Part shown: one piece after another, positions 38,801 through 51,937 of the stretch
Numbering within the stretch: the first letter of the stretch is position 1
Layout of the letters: the number at the start of each line of letters is the position of its first letter
NCBI GenBank assembly: GCA_020536535.1
Contig: JAHLWZ010000721.1
Location: 111,846 to 175,845, forward strand
Origin: Pelomyxa schiedti
Taxonomy: Eukaryota > Protista > Evosea
Direction: 5' to 3'
DNA: 64,000 nucleotides
Made by a program: the position numbers and the translations under genes
Notes under the pieces: generated by a model
What the model was told of the DNA's origin: nothing
The model's input: only the letters and a program-made list of their open reading frames with translations
The model's database searches: none

Positions 38801-39652
38801 CTTGTTACTCCCAGTGCAAATGCCTCTCTTTTGCCCTTCACAGCCAATGGTGTCTATCTTGGGGGAAATGAATATAGTGACCTCATGCTCCCTCTGGATT
38901 GTGATACGGGGCCTCTTGATGAAAAAGTAACCGCTCACGACGCTTTCCTCAAGCAGAGTCTTGCACTCTCTCCTACAAGCTACGATGTCTTTGGCAACAA
39001 CAGCCTCACAAACCCAATTCAGCAAGCATCTCACATCAAACCACCTCTTCAAACAATGCACAACAGTCTCCCAACTCCCCCAAACCTGACGTTTACCCAA
39101 CCGGCGTTTTACCATCCCTCATCCACATTTTTCCCAACTAGCTTTGACAGAGGGATACCGGGACCCAATACCAACCCAGCCGCAAACACAGGTCCAATCA
39201 GCAACGCAACCACGCCCACCGCAACCTCATCCACAACCATACCCGCACCCACACCAACAAACCACTTCACCGCACTATCTATTAATATGAACCCCAAACC
39301 GCCTCAAAACCTAATCCAAAACCAAAACCAAAACCACAACCACCACCCACAACTGCAAGCAACTCTCCAACAACAACAACAGCAGCAGCACCCACCGCAA
39401 CCGCAACCACAACAACCTCAACCGCAACCCCAACCACCTCCAGCTCCCCCACATTCACCCTCGACACTGGAGGAATCCTACTTCCTCCCTTCGTGCATCA
39501 CCTCTGCCCTAGGGGCACCCCCACCACACAGTCCGCTCTACGGCAGCGGTAACGAAGAGGATGACAGTAGCGCTTCCAACACAGGCAGCTACACTCTCTT
39601 CCCCGGCTCCCTTCCCCCTCTCAATCAATTCGGCAACAGTTTACTTCTATGA
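35853..39652 (+). CDS. Large, mostly disordered protein with a central Cys/His domain resembling the TTC3/DZIP3-associated zinc-binding domain
   Basis: 384-aa and 770-aa ORFs are bridged by small exons encoding CMFQSC..IVCNASPPCITSYHKSC..DCITPDCPGKL. Confidence 0.6.
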
Positions 39653-39686
39653 TAAAGCGGAAACAAAAAAGCAATTCAAACAAAAC

Positions 39687-42600
39687 TTATCTTCTTTCCC
39701 ACAGACACAACAACACCAACAATGGTGCAACCAGAGTGTAGAGGCAAATGTGGGAAAATGAGGCTGCAGTGCTTACACTGTCACTGCCGATGTTTGTGCC
39801 GGATGAGTCATCTGCTGATCCGGATGGTGATGGTGAAGATATTACAGCGGATTGGAGACACACTCTGGCGTTGTTCATGGCTGTCCATATTTCGTCTTCA
39901 GTCGAGGAGCTGGAAGCAAACTCGAACGGGAAGAGGAAGAACAGGGTGGTGTTGCGGTCGTTACGTTCCACGGTCCACTTGTAGTTGGTTGCTTCTGTGA
40001 TGGTGACATTTGGTTCAAAGTGCCTGTTGAGGATGATCGCGGGGCCTTCTGGTTCCCACAGTTCCATGGAATCCCCCATCCACCTGTTTAGAGTGAAAGT
40101 GTTAATTGGGATGGTTGTTCGGGAGGTAATATCAAACCATGTGCCGAATCCGAAATTCGAGGAGTAGAAATAGAGGCCGGAACCTCGTTGCCAGTAGTTG
40201 GAGTATGGAGCTGGTGGTGTGGCGGAGTGCACCAGTGTATCGGTGCTGTCATATACTACCAAGATATACTCAAAATCCACATCACCAGTCAAGGATGTGA
40301 AATCCAGCATTCGTGTGAGTATGAATGGCGTACCGCAGGACACGTGGGTGGGGATGACGAATTCAAAAGTGGCGTTGAAGACTCCTGGATAATGGGCCAA
40401 GGCACTCACACTGATGGCACTTGAACTGGATGAAATCCGTGTAACGGTTGTGGTGGAAGGCGTCATCCACCATGAATGGTCACTAGAAGAGGGAGTGAAC
40501 ACGACCCTGGCCTGCAGTTCTGTAAGCACTTGTTCAGTAGAGCCTGCAGGTGTATAGGAGATTGTGCAAAAATACGAAGACGAGGCAGAGGATGGGAAGC
40601 AGGCTCGCATTTTGCCAGATTCGGCACAATACGGTAGTGTGAAATTTTGAGATGGTTCTAGGTATGCCAAGTCGAGGTATGGCTGATATGACCAGATAAC
40701 GGGATGCTGTGCACACTCGGAATGGAGGGAACACACAGTGGGGTTTAGGATGGAAGCTGCCTTGGCAATAGGTGGCCAGACATCTTACACACGAGTGAGA
40801 CAGTACGTTGGGGTGGGAACTTGTTACCATCAGTTACATTGACAAAGCCGTAGTTACTATTTTCAGGGAATGTAGAAGAAATCCCAAGTGCAGGCTTGAT
40901 ACCAAGAGAGGAATATATTTAATTGTTGCATTACTGGGTATATTCCTAGCACACCTCATCAACATGCATGAAGAAAGAGTCCCCAACAAGGAAAGGTTGA
41001 CTCATCATCATAGTTTGAAGAAGCGTATAGCATTGTGCTCGCTGAGATTGGTAATCCACACGCATTCCAGCTCCATTGGAGCTTGGTAGCCCTTCAGAAA
41101 GTCAGGCAAGGTAGTAAAGTAATTCCTTCACCAGCATCGAGGCCTGGGTATCCCCATTCCGTGATCATGTAAGGTTTGTCACCACTCAACTGATACCAAC
41201 TCCTCATGACCTCAATGACACTGTCAGGAACCCCAAAGTCGGGCTCAATTGAAGGGTAATAATTGAAGGTGATAACATCGCAATATTGTGCTGAAGAGCA
41301 AATAAGTATGAACCAGGACATTAGTTTTAGAAACTAACCTGCAATGTCTAAAATGTCAGGGGCAGACCCAGGAAATCTTGTGCACAGATACAAATGATTT
41401 GGATCATGCAGAGAAAGAGCTTGCTTTATGCCTTGAAAATATTTCTCGGCCACTAGTCGTATGAAATCCCTTTAGAAAGGTGACTCGAAATAGAGAGTTT
41501 TCTCAAGCTGCCTTGTGACAGATTCTGCCCAATCAGTGAGAGGATCTGTAGGGCTTGTATTGGATAGCAAATCGTCTGCTGAGGAAACTGATACCCCCCA
41601 GCCTTCATAAAACTTGTTTGAGAAATCGATAGGTATCTCCTCTTTTAAAAATTGAACCCAAGCTTGTTTTCCTGTGTGATTTGATGGCTTTGTCCAGACA
41701 GTATTGAACATGCACCAGGTGGCCCAGCAACTCCAGACTGGATGTCCCCACCTGGGAATAACATAAGTTTTTTTCGCTCATTGATTGTAAAAACCATTGT
41801 AGTTCGTTATCGACATAATGCCCTATAACCCATGGATCGTCTTTATATGAGTCGGAATCTGAAAATGTCACTCGCAGATAGGGTTCCCAATTCTTTATTA
41901 GATAAGTGCATTATTACTTGGCATGGATTAGGACACACAGGATCAAACACATTGGGAAATCCTGTCCAGGTTATTGGGGGAGCCAAGTTGGAGACATACT
42001 GGGCAAAGGAAGTTCCTGGATCATGAGAAATCTACATACAGTCATTTCACAAAATGGAGAGAGAATTAATACCCACTGTGTGAGCAAACGAGTTGTGCTC
42101 TAACCAGTCACTGTGCCCACTGGCAAGGGTGTTGAACCCCCATGCAGAAAGTCTATCCATTTGTACTTTCCCCCAAGCTTCAGAGCTGGTTTCAGCATTA
42201 TAAATGCAACTTTTCACAATTTTCATACCTATCGTTGTACTTAATAAAGCAGTTGTCGTGATAGGGTATAGTTCCCAGCGCCTCACAGGCGTGTACCCAG
42301 TAGTTCACATGCTCCATTGCTACCATGAAAAATAGATTTCCGTGAGGATCGATCAACCTTTGTTTAATTTGCATACTGGATGTGCACCAATATAAAGGAA
42401 GGAACATACCACCATTTTCCATCCACTTTCTTAACATGGAAAAATCCTGTACTCTCTTGCTTTGGTAGAGAGGTGCAGGCGATATTGGGAAAAGGTGGAA
42501 ACTGCTTTGTTATGTTAACAGAGTGGGAAATGGAGGCCGTGGCATTGTCCCACTCTACAGATGCAGTCCCAGTGGATAAAGTAGGAGCACCGGAGTTAAC

Positions 42601-43441
42601 GGCCTGGGGCTGATTTATGTGGTTACATGTGAAAACTGAGGAAAAGATTCTCACATTTGTCAAGTTGTAGGAAATGTGTACTAGTTGTTCCCCAAGGGAT
42701 GAAAATACATACGAATGAAGAATACTTGGTGGCTGTATCGTAATGTTGAGGCGGTAGGGTACATCATATTCCCAGTCCAAGGACCCCTTCAAATTTGAAA
42801 TAGCCAGTTTAGTGGAGATTATTGCTGGAAGCTGGATGACATACATTCCACGAGATGACATCTCCGTCATCGCCTTGGTTGTTCCAGTTTGAATCGCGCA
42901 TCTCAGCAAATTCCACAAAGTGATCATAACCATCTGAAGCAGGACTCTCCACCAACTACCGCAAAAGTGTTAATAACAATCACCCACCATCCTTGAAATC
43001 ACGCCAACAACAAAAACTCTAAAATTACTCCCAAAAAAGCCAGGAGTTGGGGGACAAACTTGCAGTGCCCAGAAGTTTTCAGTGTCCCTCATAAATGCGA
43101 TGCCAGCGACCATCCAACTTGAAGTCTTGCCACTTCTGCCACGTATTATCACGTCACACGCGAAACTTCCATGGTCAGTGTTGCCGGCAGTTTCGAATTT
43201 GGAAAAAGCACGCTCGGGCCCCACATAAGTCAGCACTCCCGACTTCACTTCGAATCCCTAGTGCACGTTAACTGCTGGGGATACTCTCCATCAACAACAA
43301 CAAAAAAAAAGTCACATAGTCGAGTGGCATCCATGAAGGGGAACCATCGGACCCATCGGGATATGAAAAAGTGTCCTCGTAATACTGGTCGCAAGAGGCG
43401 ACCACAACAAACAAACCCAACAAAAGAACCCCACCGCACAT
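39687..43441 (-). CDS. Secreted, probably GPI-anchored GH50/beta-agarase-like glycoside hydrolase, many introns
   Basis: Signal peptide MCGGVLLLGLFVVVASC. Motifs TGFFHVKKVDGKWW|LIDPHGNLFF, RLSAWGFNTL, FPNVFDP, DDPWVIGHYVDNELQW, DPNHLYLCTRF, CDVITFNYY, KPYMITEWG and ENSNYGFV. Ends in a Ser-rich linker plus hydrophobic tail. Confidence 0.85.
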
Positions 43442-43777
43442 AATTTTCGTTTTCGCCGACAACGAATTCTTCCACCGAGCACAACGGAACACCACGCGGG
43501 AAAAACCCGCCGAACTTTTTCCGTTTTTCGGTTCGGTGGCTGGGAAGTGCCTTTTTGTCGGCCCTCCATGGAAGGAAAGCCGTGCCTCAGAGTTATCTCG
43601 TGCTTGTACAGCATAAAATTGTTTTTGTGTGTCTTGAGTTACATGGATCATTGGATGTTGAAAACATCTTGCAAACTGGCCCACTGTGTGGGTGTGTAGT
43701 GTGTGCCTCTATTTTTCTCCATTGGGACTTGGATGGTGGAAATACAAGTTCAAATGCCCTCTTGGCAAATTGCAAAG

Positions 43778-45608
43778 TCATACAGTTGTTAGTACACAGG
43801 GATGAGAACGCTCCAGCTGTGTGAGGAAATTCGGTGGGAAGGCTGCTCTCTCAAAGAGGCATATTCCTCTTAGAGGGTAGGCACCATACAACCCAGGTGT
43901 CAGAAGCTCTTCATATTCCAGCATTTGCTGCTGGAACTTCTGTCGTGTTTGTTCTGGTGTGGATGCCCCCACATCCGGAAAATAGGCCAGTTCACCAATG
44001 ACGTGAACGCTGTTGCAGCCACTGCTACGTAGAGCTTCCTTACAATGTGACTGCGCCCATATAAGGCGATCCTTTGCTGGGGAGTCCTGTGTTGTTTTCA
44101 CCAATTAGTTGGCAAGAAGAAGAAAGTAGAACTGACTGTTTGTAGGAAATATACCGCCGTGTATTCATTATTCTCCATCGTTTGAACTCTGCCAGATTCC
44201 AATAGGGTCTTGGTATCCATTCCAAGGTTACTCATAGCCTGAAGTGTGCCGTCTATTCCTTTCCGTGAACGAACCATCAGAAACCCTGCTCCGGCATCCA
44301 GACCTGCTAGTAGCATCTGCAGTGTTACACATATGCCCATTAGCGCATTATCATATGTGAAGCAGGTATGTGTATGCTCCTTCAGTTGGTGCAGTGCCGT
44401 AGCTGGTGATACTATAGGTCTATCAACTGAACCAAGCTCGAAGTGAAGGTACTGCTGTGGTGGGACTGCAACTGTAGGGAGTGCCGATACAGAAAGCATC
44501 CCACCATTGCTCGTTTCAAAGAAAGTACTGACTGGTGCACATGACGAAGGAAGAGGATCACCTGTCTCAGTAAGATAGCCACTTATTGTTGCCGAAAGTA
44601 AAGAAAGAACTGAAGACATTTTTTGACAGGACGGTTCAGTGGAGTCAATCTCTTTTTGGAGTGCAGTTCTTTTCAAAGAAGAAAATTAGATAAATTAAGA
44701 CTGGTAGGGAAGTCGTACCTATCCCCACTGTTATGTAATAAGTTAGATATTAATTGAAGTTGGCTTGCTAAATTAGCTAGTAGTGTGCATGTGTCCGCAA
44801 GAGCTACCCCTATTACTAGTGAGCCATTGGTTAACTCTTTTTGTTAAAAACCTAGACATCTTAGAGGTTTGTCAGAGGACGGGCACAAAGTTCCATCACT
44901 CGTATTTGAATTACCCAGTAAAGTCTGCACACTGGCAAGACCCTATGTACTGGGTGAGGTACTGACTAATAACCACAAAGCATACATCAAGCCAGCCGCG
45001 CATATGTAGAGGCTCACTGAGAGCGACTTTGAAAGTTCTAGCAACGTCGAGGGGTTTGCCAGGTAGAAGTGTATGGCAAGTCATTGTTCCCATCAACATT
45101 TGACCTCTTTGAGGGGGTCTTCGTCTTCCCCCCTTTGGGTTGATAGTCACGTGCACAGGGTAGTCACACCCAGCTGGAAACAGCAGTTAGAGGGCAGCTT
45201 AATCCTGGGGAAAAGTGTAAGGCATACTCAGAGAAGACAGTACTGCTTCTCGATTTTTTATAACACGTCCTTTCACCACCACAGATAAAACAGAGTCAGA
45301 ACAGCCCAGTTCCTGCCCAACATGTCCTGCCAAATGACTGACAGTAGCCTGTATGATTTTTTTTTTTTTTTGTTTTTTGTTGGTAACAAGGAAAAGCCAG
45401 AAATACTTTGTACGATTCTTAGGGTGTTTTTTGGTTTTTTGGGGGAGTTCGGGTTGTTTGTTTTGAGCTTCCAGATGGGCCATACAGTAGGGGGCAAGGA
45501 GACAGAAATATTACGCTCCTTACACTTTACACCTCCGAGGGCGTCAGTGGCATCACTTCTGGGCGACAATACTACAACGCGGTACGTAAGAGTACAGCCA
45601 CCAGCCAT
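43778..45608 (-). CDS. Ubiquitin-like domain + helical region + MEDS-like sensory domain protein
   Basis: Exons 1-3 give ISVSLPPT|ATVSHLAGHVGQELG..LSVVVKGRVIKN.EAVLSSL..PVHVTINPKGG (beta-grasp pattern). The C-terminus has HTCFTYD..GLDAG..LGMDT..LLESGRVQ..ALRSSG..VHVIGELAY..MLEYEELL..GICLFE..F..L.RSHP (MEDS pattern). Confidence 0.7.
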
Positions 45609-45881
45609 TTCGTTCTGACGGGTGGATCTTTGGTTTGTTGTGAAATGTGCTTTGATCACGTCAAGGAGGGGAGTTGGTGCTCAACGATCTAAGGACTTTT
45701 CGGGGAAAGCTCTTTTGGTGATGTGCCCGGATTCTTAGGAATTAAAATTTTTACTCTTTATGGGGAAGTGAAACGCTGGAACCGCGTTATTCCTCCCAGC
45801 GCCTTCCTTAATTTGCGATTACGTGCACAGGCCTCCCCAAGTTGTCTCAAACCTTCATAAATGTACAACAGGCATGATGCC

Positions 45882-48113
45882 ATGTGTGTGTTGCTTTTTT
45901 TGGTTTGCGCGATATCAACAAGTGGTGCCGAGGAGAGGGGTACTCTGTGGGCAGAGACTGAGGAGGTTGGCGTGTGGGGTGATGATCAAGTGCAGCCCCT
46001 GAGGGAGTTTTATATCGGGAGTGATGCACAGGCTGGGGAGGGTGATGGGTCAATTGGCGACCCTTACAACCTCGACTCGGCAGCTGCTAGGGGTATGGAC
46101 ATGTCACACAAACTTTTTTGCGAATTTAATGTACTGTTTGACAAGTAATATCTTTGGATAGGATTTGGGCGGCCAGGCGACACTTATTGGGTTCTTGGAG
46201 GAGATTATTTGCCTACCAAACAGGGCTCTTTTCTTATGAAATGCGATGGAAATGCAACAAATCCATGCATATTCCGTTGTGTTCCTGGTGCAAGATGCAC
46301 ACTTCGGTACAGATACAAGGCTAGGGGTGATGACAAAGGATGGAACATAGGCTTATTATCCTTCCTACAGAGGAATGATTCAGATATATGCTAATTACTT
46401 CTGGCTTTGGGGTATGGAGATTTCAGACCCAAATGCACAATACAGTTCTGATGCTGATACATCCTGCCCGATAGGGGTATGGAAGAAAAAGATTACAATG
46501 TTTTTCAGTTCTGACTGTAGATTTGGGGAGCCCCCAGCATGTACCGAGGATGCCACATCATAAATAATTACATTCACGATGTATCCAGTGACTTTGTCTT
46601 TAGAAATGGGATGTGCAGTTACGGTGATCTCCAAGTATGGGGCCATTTCATTCTTCCCTAATTAATTACTTGTTACCTTCCTAGACAACGATTTACGGAA
46701 ATATCGTTTTTGGTGAAGGTCACAACATTTACGTTCAGAATGATTATGAAGCTGGGGGATATAAATATGTTGTTAATAACATGGTACTAGTTTTCTTCCT
46801 ATTTCATTTCATGATTGCTGTAGTTTATGGATGTGCGTGGAGGATCAGATTACGTTGAAACTCCCAGTGGTGATTCTGTCAAATTTTTCAATGTTCATGC
46901 ATATGTCGAGTCGGCAACTCATGGAATGGGAAAGCTGAGTGGCATGTACTTCGAAAACAATATTATAAAGGATGGACGTTTTCTTGTTGGTGGGCTACCT
47001 TCTATTATTCACTTCCATTGTAATGAAATCTCAGGTAGTGACTATGAACCAGATCACCATCATGTAGTAAATAGAAATTACTTCTCCAATGCACGCTGTC
47101 AAGTTGGTTACAGTGTACCGGCACAAGCAATTGTGTCCAACAATAAACTTGTGTGGTCTCCGTTACAGTTGGAGTTAATACTTCCAATCCAAAGCGGCAT
47201 TACTGAAGAAATACAGGCACACTTGGGGGACTGGGGAAACTCAGTACGCTAGTTGGCAAACTGAACAAACGGCAATAACTGGAAATATGGTAATATGTCC
47301 AGAAAGTATGTTCCCTCTTTCATGTTAACACTGAAGTCATTTTAGATACTACCGATTTGGATTACGCGCAGCACATTCGTTTTGGCACTGATGCTTTTAC
47401 AGGCTCTGGCATTCAACAGTCGACCAGTATCAGGCCTGATGATGACGTAGATGAGAATATGTACTCCTCTGAGTTTTCCATGTATTTCAGTGTCGAAGGT
47501 GACACTGCCAATGGTGGCGAGACTGAGTGGAAAGACCTCTCAGAAAGTCATGGAAACGGATTTGATACCAGTGTGTTCCTTTTCGAAACTGGCATCCCGT
47601 CCCGTATCTCACTAGCCACATAGACGGTATCTTCACCTACGAAGTGGCGGCAATTACTGCAAACGTTATTCCAAATGATTACGATTCCTCAATGTTTTAT
47701 ATAGCCATCTTCCGGCTTTCATTTTCCACACCCTTGGTGCACCTCGATTTGTGCACTTACATGAGCGAAGGTTCGTGGATACCACGCTTTACATCAACTT
47801 ACTTGCAGGCAGAACCCTGGCAAAGTTATGTTGTGTCACACTACCGAGACCTATACGGAGAGGAAACCAGTGGGTCCACAGGTGACTGTAGTGAAGTTGA
47901 AATCAACATGGGAACTTCCAAGTAAGCCGGCATTTCCGCCTCACCCCGTCATCAACCCCAACCAGGTTTGAAGCCTATGTTCTCAAATTGAACGAATCCA
48001 GTTACATTCCACACGGGAGCAGTTCTCCTCAACCCAGTGCCGCACACCCATTATCAATACCCTCATTGTTCCTGGCACTGACATGTTACCTACTCTTTTT
48101 ACTGTGCCTCTAG
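45882..48113 (+). CDS. Secreted, GPI-tailed right-handed parallel beta-helix protein (polysaccharide lyase/hydrolase-like)
   Basis: Signal MCVLLFLVCAISTSGA, then FYIG..GDGSIGDPYNL..PGDTYWVLGGDY, GNATNPCIFR, IYGNIVF..HNIYVQN and YFENNII. Hydrophobic C-terminus SLFLALTCYLLFLLCL. Confidence 0.7.
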
Positions 48114-48171
48114 AGTGTATCCTTAAAAATGAAGTTCACGTTTCAAAAAAAAAAATTTTTTTCTCTTGTTT

Positions 48172-50123
48172 TTATAAACCTGGGTGCACCCAAACATGCT
48201 CCTCAAAGAGGCCAGTAGAGCCACAGTTGTGAGCACAACTAAACACTACAACGAGGCCAAAGTCCATGGATGAGGAGGCTTCTGTGATAGGGTTTTTGCT
48301 GGGGGGTGCTACTGGCTCCGCTTTTACTGGGCTGTCTGCTTCTGCTTCTATTTCAGGAAGGGGCTGTGAGTGTGCTGGGGGTAATGATGGGGATGGCTCG
48401 GATTGGGGTGTAGGTGTTGTTGTCTGTGATGTTGCACTATCAACTACAACGCTTGATGTAGTAGCTGTAGTTGCAGTTGTAGTTGCTGTAGGGGTAGTGG
48501 GTGCTGTGGATGGGGTGGATGATGTTCCCTGCGTTGACTCAGGTGTCCCTACTTTGGTCTTCTTTTTCTTTTTGTTTTTCTTCTTCTTTGGTTTAGGTGC
48601 ACTTGGCTGGGGGGTGGGCACTGTGGGAGGTGGTGCTGGAGGAGTTCTCAGGGTCAAGAATTCCATCATTGAAGGTAGGAGCTGCATTTCAAATACCTGA
48701 GAGTTATAAGTTATATTCTTTGTAGTTAATTCTTTCTGAGAAACTCACCCGGTTTGTTCCACAGGTCGGACACATAGGGAGGGCAGCAGGAGGAGGGTGC
48801 GAATCGGAAAGTGGTAGTACAGGACCTCCGAAGCAATACCTTTGTAATGTCATTGTGAAAAAAGAGTCTTTGAGTAGAACCTCAAGATTTGTTCGGGGCT
48901 CCTCGCTATCCTTTTCTGAAATTGCCGGAAGGATTTGTCTTTGTGGACGCGTTTTGCAAGCATTTTATCGCACTCATTGTCCTCTGTTGTGTCCTCATCC
49001 TCATGGCCAGATGTGCGCTGATATTCTGCAAACAACCTTGTGTTGCACCATTAAGTTGTGAGATTTTAGATTGATGTGTAATGGATACTTTTGGGCATAT
49101 GAATCTGAGTGAGTACTTTTGGCTCCAGGTTCATAATCAACAGAGATGTCACGAATTTCAAAAGATGTACTAGCGGGAGGCTTGTGGGTTTTTGAAGGGG
49201 TCACATGTATTCTCTGGGAGCCTTGATCAGTTCGCTGGACTCCAGAAGTGGGGGAACTCTGAACTCCAGAAGTGGGGGAACTCTTCAGTTTCTGAGTACG
49301 TAATTTAGTGGCAAGACATGGATAAAATGAAGAACCTCCACAATGTTGATTAAATTCAGAGTTTGGTTTGTACAAGAAGTTGCNNNNNNNNNNNNNNNNN
49401 NNNNNNNNNNNNNNNNNNNNNNNNNNNNNNNNNNNNNNNNNNNNNNNNNNNNNNNNNNNNNNNNNNNNNNNNNNNNNNNNNNNACTCCAGAAGTGGGGGA
49501 ACTCTTCAGTTTCTGAGTACGTAATTTAGTGGCAAGACATGGATAAAATGAAGAACCTCCACAATGTTGATTAAATTCAGAGTTTGGTTTGTACAAGAAG
49601 TTGCACTTTGGGGCTCATCATTTGCAGTCCAGTCACCCTCTGACCAAACCGTTTCAGGTGTGACCTCACACTCCTGTTCTTCCGTTTCATCATCAGGTTC
49701 CCACTGCGCTCGAAATGCTCTCCAGCTATAGAATCATTAAGGAGAGGTTTCCACTTGGAAAATATACCTAGAGCCGAGTTTGCATTGCTTCCCACTGGCA
49801 CATACGAATAACAGGAGAGAACGGTACAAATCGTTTCTTATTGCCAGAGGAGCATACGCCTGAACTGCCAGCGACATAAGCTCCCCGCAAGCCCAGCAGT
49901 ACGGCCGAAACGGGGGGACTTCGTTCTCACTCGGAAGGGTCGTTTCGGACGCAGAGTTTAGCATAAGTACGTGGCCAGGCGACGGCAAGGAGTGGTGCAA
50001 CACCGCCTCCCCTCCAATCTTAGTCACAAACGGGTCGCCATGTGGGTCCCAGGCACCGGACGAAGTCTCCTCCAAGTGTGCGTCCCCGGCGTATCCCAGC
50101 ACCGTCGTGTGCACCTCGTCCAT
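48172..50123 (-). CDS. PDCD2L: PDCD2-like / Tsr4 ribosomal protein chaperone
   Basis: TKIGG, CWACGELMSLAVQAYAPL, RSLLLFVC, FQKRIARSPEQILR, CPTCG, FEMQLLPS, MDFGLVVVFSCAHNC. Confidence 0.9.
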
Positions 50124-50348
50124 GCACCGCCTCGTAATATTAATTGATTTGTGATGTTAGACGAAGGCTGGCATCCGCGCAGGGAACTAGTGTCTATTCG
50201 AAACGAAACCGGGGTGGTGCCCCTCGGCATTTGCAGGGGTGCAGAATTCGATCAAAAATCATAAAGCGGTCTTGCTGGCGATGAGTAAGGGTGGGGGTGT
50301 CGGTGGTCGCAAATGCATTTTGGATGACAAGTAAGTACGTTGCGACAC

Positions 50349-51803
50349 ATGGCGAGTGACTCGGAAGAAGAGGTAATGGGAGATCTGAGCAAGGAGGTTG
50401 AGGCGACGCAAGATCCAAAGGCTGCTACTGCTCTGGATGCAATCAAGTCCATCAATATTGTGGTATTTTGCATAAGATCCACTTCAAGCAGTAAAGTACG
50501 GCAGGGGTGTGATACGGCCGAATACGCTGCAGTTGCTCCTTTATATCCTTCTGATGTGTCTACCAATCCGTCGCTCATTCTCCAAGCGTCAAAACAAGAA
50601 GAGTACTCCACTTTTATCAGTAAGTTTGTCTACAATGACTTTTTTGTTTTCCCTGACCGTCTCTTCTAGAGAGTATCGTGGATCATGTCAAAGCTGAAGA
50701 GGGTACCCTAGATGAGAAGGTGGGACCTTCTCCTCTTCCTTTTGGTTAATGCTGAGGTTTTTTTTTTTTAGGTCTGCAAAGCTATGGATAACATCATCAT
50801 CGGATTTGGTATCGAGATGCTCAAAGTTTTGAAAGGCAGAGTTAGTACGGAGTTAGACCCCAGACTGTCATATAATGCAAAAGGCACCCAAAAGAAAGCG
50901 AGGGAAATAATTGCCAAGTATGAAGCGAGGGGAATTCCTAGGAGCAGGTTGCCTCTTGAAGGCCAAGTGTTTCCTCCCTGACTTTCTTCTAGAGTTCTTA
51001 TCAAAATTGCAGCCACTCCAGAAGGATTACGCGTGAGGATTTGCTCTCGTTCCATAAACATTGACATTAACTCCCTATGTAGGCGGCAAAGCAGTTGGAG
51101 AGGGAAGGAATACGTTGCAACATGACTCTCGTTTTTTCCATTTACCAGGTGCTCATTAATATTTGTCAAAGATGCTCGCACCTCACCGTTATGTAGGTTG
51201 CCAAGAGTTGTGAAGTAAAATCAACAGTTATCAGCCCGTTTGTTGGAAGGATTTCTGACTGGCATACATCAAGGGGAAAAGATTGCAAGGAGGATCCAGG
51301 TGAGAGCCAACTTTTGGTTCCGATTTCTGACTCAAAGAAGGTGTTGCTTTCGCCCGTGATGCTTACAATTATGTTCATGGAAACAACTGCCACCCTACCC
51401 CTCAGGTGCAAGCATCGAGTTTCAGGACTACAAAGCAAGTACTTGACCTTGTGGGTTGTGATGTGATTACCATAAGTCCAACGGTAGGTTTCTGTACACC
51501 AAATGCACCACCTAAACTTATTCACAGCTTCTGAGGGAATTACTTAAGATGCCAGCTGTTGAGGTTCAAAGGAAGTTACATCACGGTGCTGCTGCGCCTT
51601 GCCCTAAGATGGAAAAGGTTGGTAGCAAACAGCTCCGCTGGCACTTGGTGAATGACGAAATGGCCAACGACTTGCTCTCTGATGGGTGGGTCCAACAACG
51701 TATATGACTTAAGGAGTACTTACCACACAAATACAGAATAAGGCGTTTCACCAAGGACACAATTGTATTGGAAGACCAAGTGCGCCAAATGCTTCAGACT
51801 TGA
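50349..51803 (+). CDS. TAL1: Transaldolase
   Basis: DTAE, DVSTNPSLI, GRVSTELDPRLS, VLIKIAAT (Schiff-base Lys), CNMTLVFS, ISPFVGRISDW, ASSFR, GCDVITISP. Confidence 0.93.
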
Positions 51804-51937
51804 TCTTTCACCAACAAGTTCCTCTCTGGTGCCTTATCTTACACCCAGATTATTCCGATGTCCACAATCACTGATTAGATCCACCGAATGATAATTGATT
51901 GTTTTTTTTTTACCAGCCAACAACCGAAAAACAATAA

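Noticed and set aside
49263-49604. Duplicated segment inside PDCD2L
   Set aside because: Exact 121-bp duplication at a 100-N gap; artefact. The adjacent 24-bp tandem repeat at ~49238-49285 may be real.
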